37,063 nucleotides of DNA, from the NCBI RefSeq assembly GCF_006345805.1, contig NW_021836877.1, positions 1-37,063 on the forward strand, written 5' to 3'. The notes beneath the pieces were generated by a model, which saw nothing but the letters and a program-made list of their open reading frames with translations, was not told where the DNA came from and made no database searches. Source of the DNA: Octopus sinensis (lineage: Eukaryota). A program made the position numbers and the translations under genes. Shown one piece after another: positions 36,436 to 37,063 of the stretch. Position 1 is the first letter of the stretch. Every line of letters starts with the position of its first letter.

Positions 36436-37029
36436 ATATTATATATATAATATACGTATTGGAGGAGAGAGGAGACAGAGACAGACACAGTGACAGACAG
36501 ACAACCAGACAGACAGACAACCAGACAGACAGACTGACAGGCAGACAGACAGTGACAGAGACATCTTTTCCAATGCGCCTCTCGTAACTAAACAGTGGAA
36601 ACGATTTCTAGTAGGTTGTGTGATTTTGTAGACATTGCTTGTTTCTGATATTTTTCTTTATCTACAATTAAATATTCAGGAGTCCAACCGTGACTGTTCC
36701 GCAATTTTCTTTTCAGGCACAGCCAATATGTCTTCATTATCTTTTAATATAACAGGGTGCGAACTAATGGTGATTAAGTTGCCGCTTCAAGCATATCAGT
36801 TCATCGCTAACAACACGGTGCTCCACCCTCCTTTCATTGTTGTGCGTTGCAGTTATCTATGGCGGGTACAGAGCGTTGTGTTTAATATTAAACTGAATGC
36901 TACCATCCTGTTATTGTATTACCGAGTACCATTGTGATCGTCTAATGCGGCATTAAATGACACTTCTACATTAGCACATAATGTATTAGAGACCCATGGT
37001 ATCACAAATTTTGTGTGTACGCGTGTGTT

Positions 37030-37063
<34 letters not shown>

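Overview
This is AT-rich eukaryotic DNA, not prokaryotic, and it is saturated with microsatellites and transposon remnants. The SINE families and repeat content point to an octopus (cephalopod) genome; this is inferred from family recognition, not a database search. No intact protein-coding gene, RNA gene or CRISPR array is supportable, and most entries in the ORF track are microsatellite translations. Supportable retroelements: many tRNA-derived SINEs of at least four families, and decayed non-LTR retrotransposon 3' fragments (RTE, HERO-like, R4/Dong-like). Supportable DNA elements: two internally deleted mariner elements, two 217-bp mariner MITEs, a long-TIR foldback element, a 129-bp MITE, and a pogo/Tigger-like MITE carrying a nested complete non-autonomous Helitron and a 19-bp minisatellite. 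The most interesting signal is a set of short Penelope-like terminal-repeat modules docked on (TA)n tracts. Four of them are near-perfect fold-back hairpins and three carry full or partial minimal hammerhead-ribozyme-like motifs. A few low-confidence candidate exons suggest the window could be intronic.
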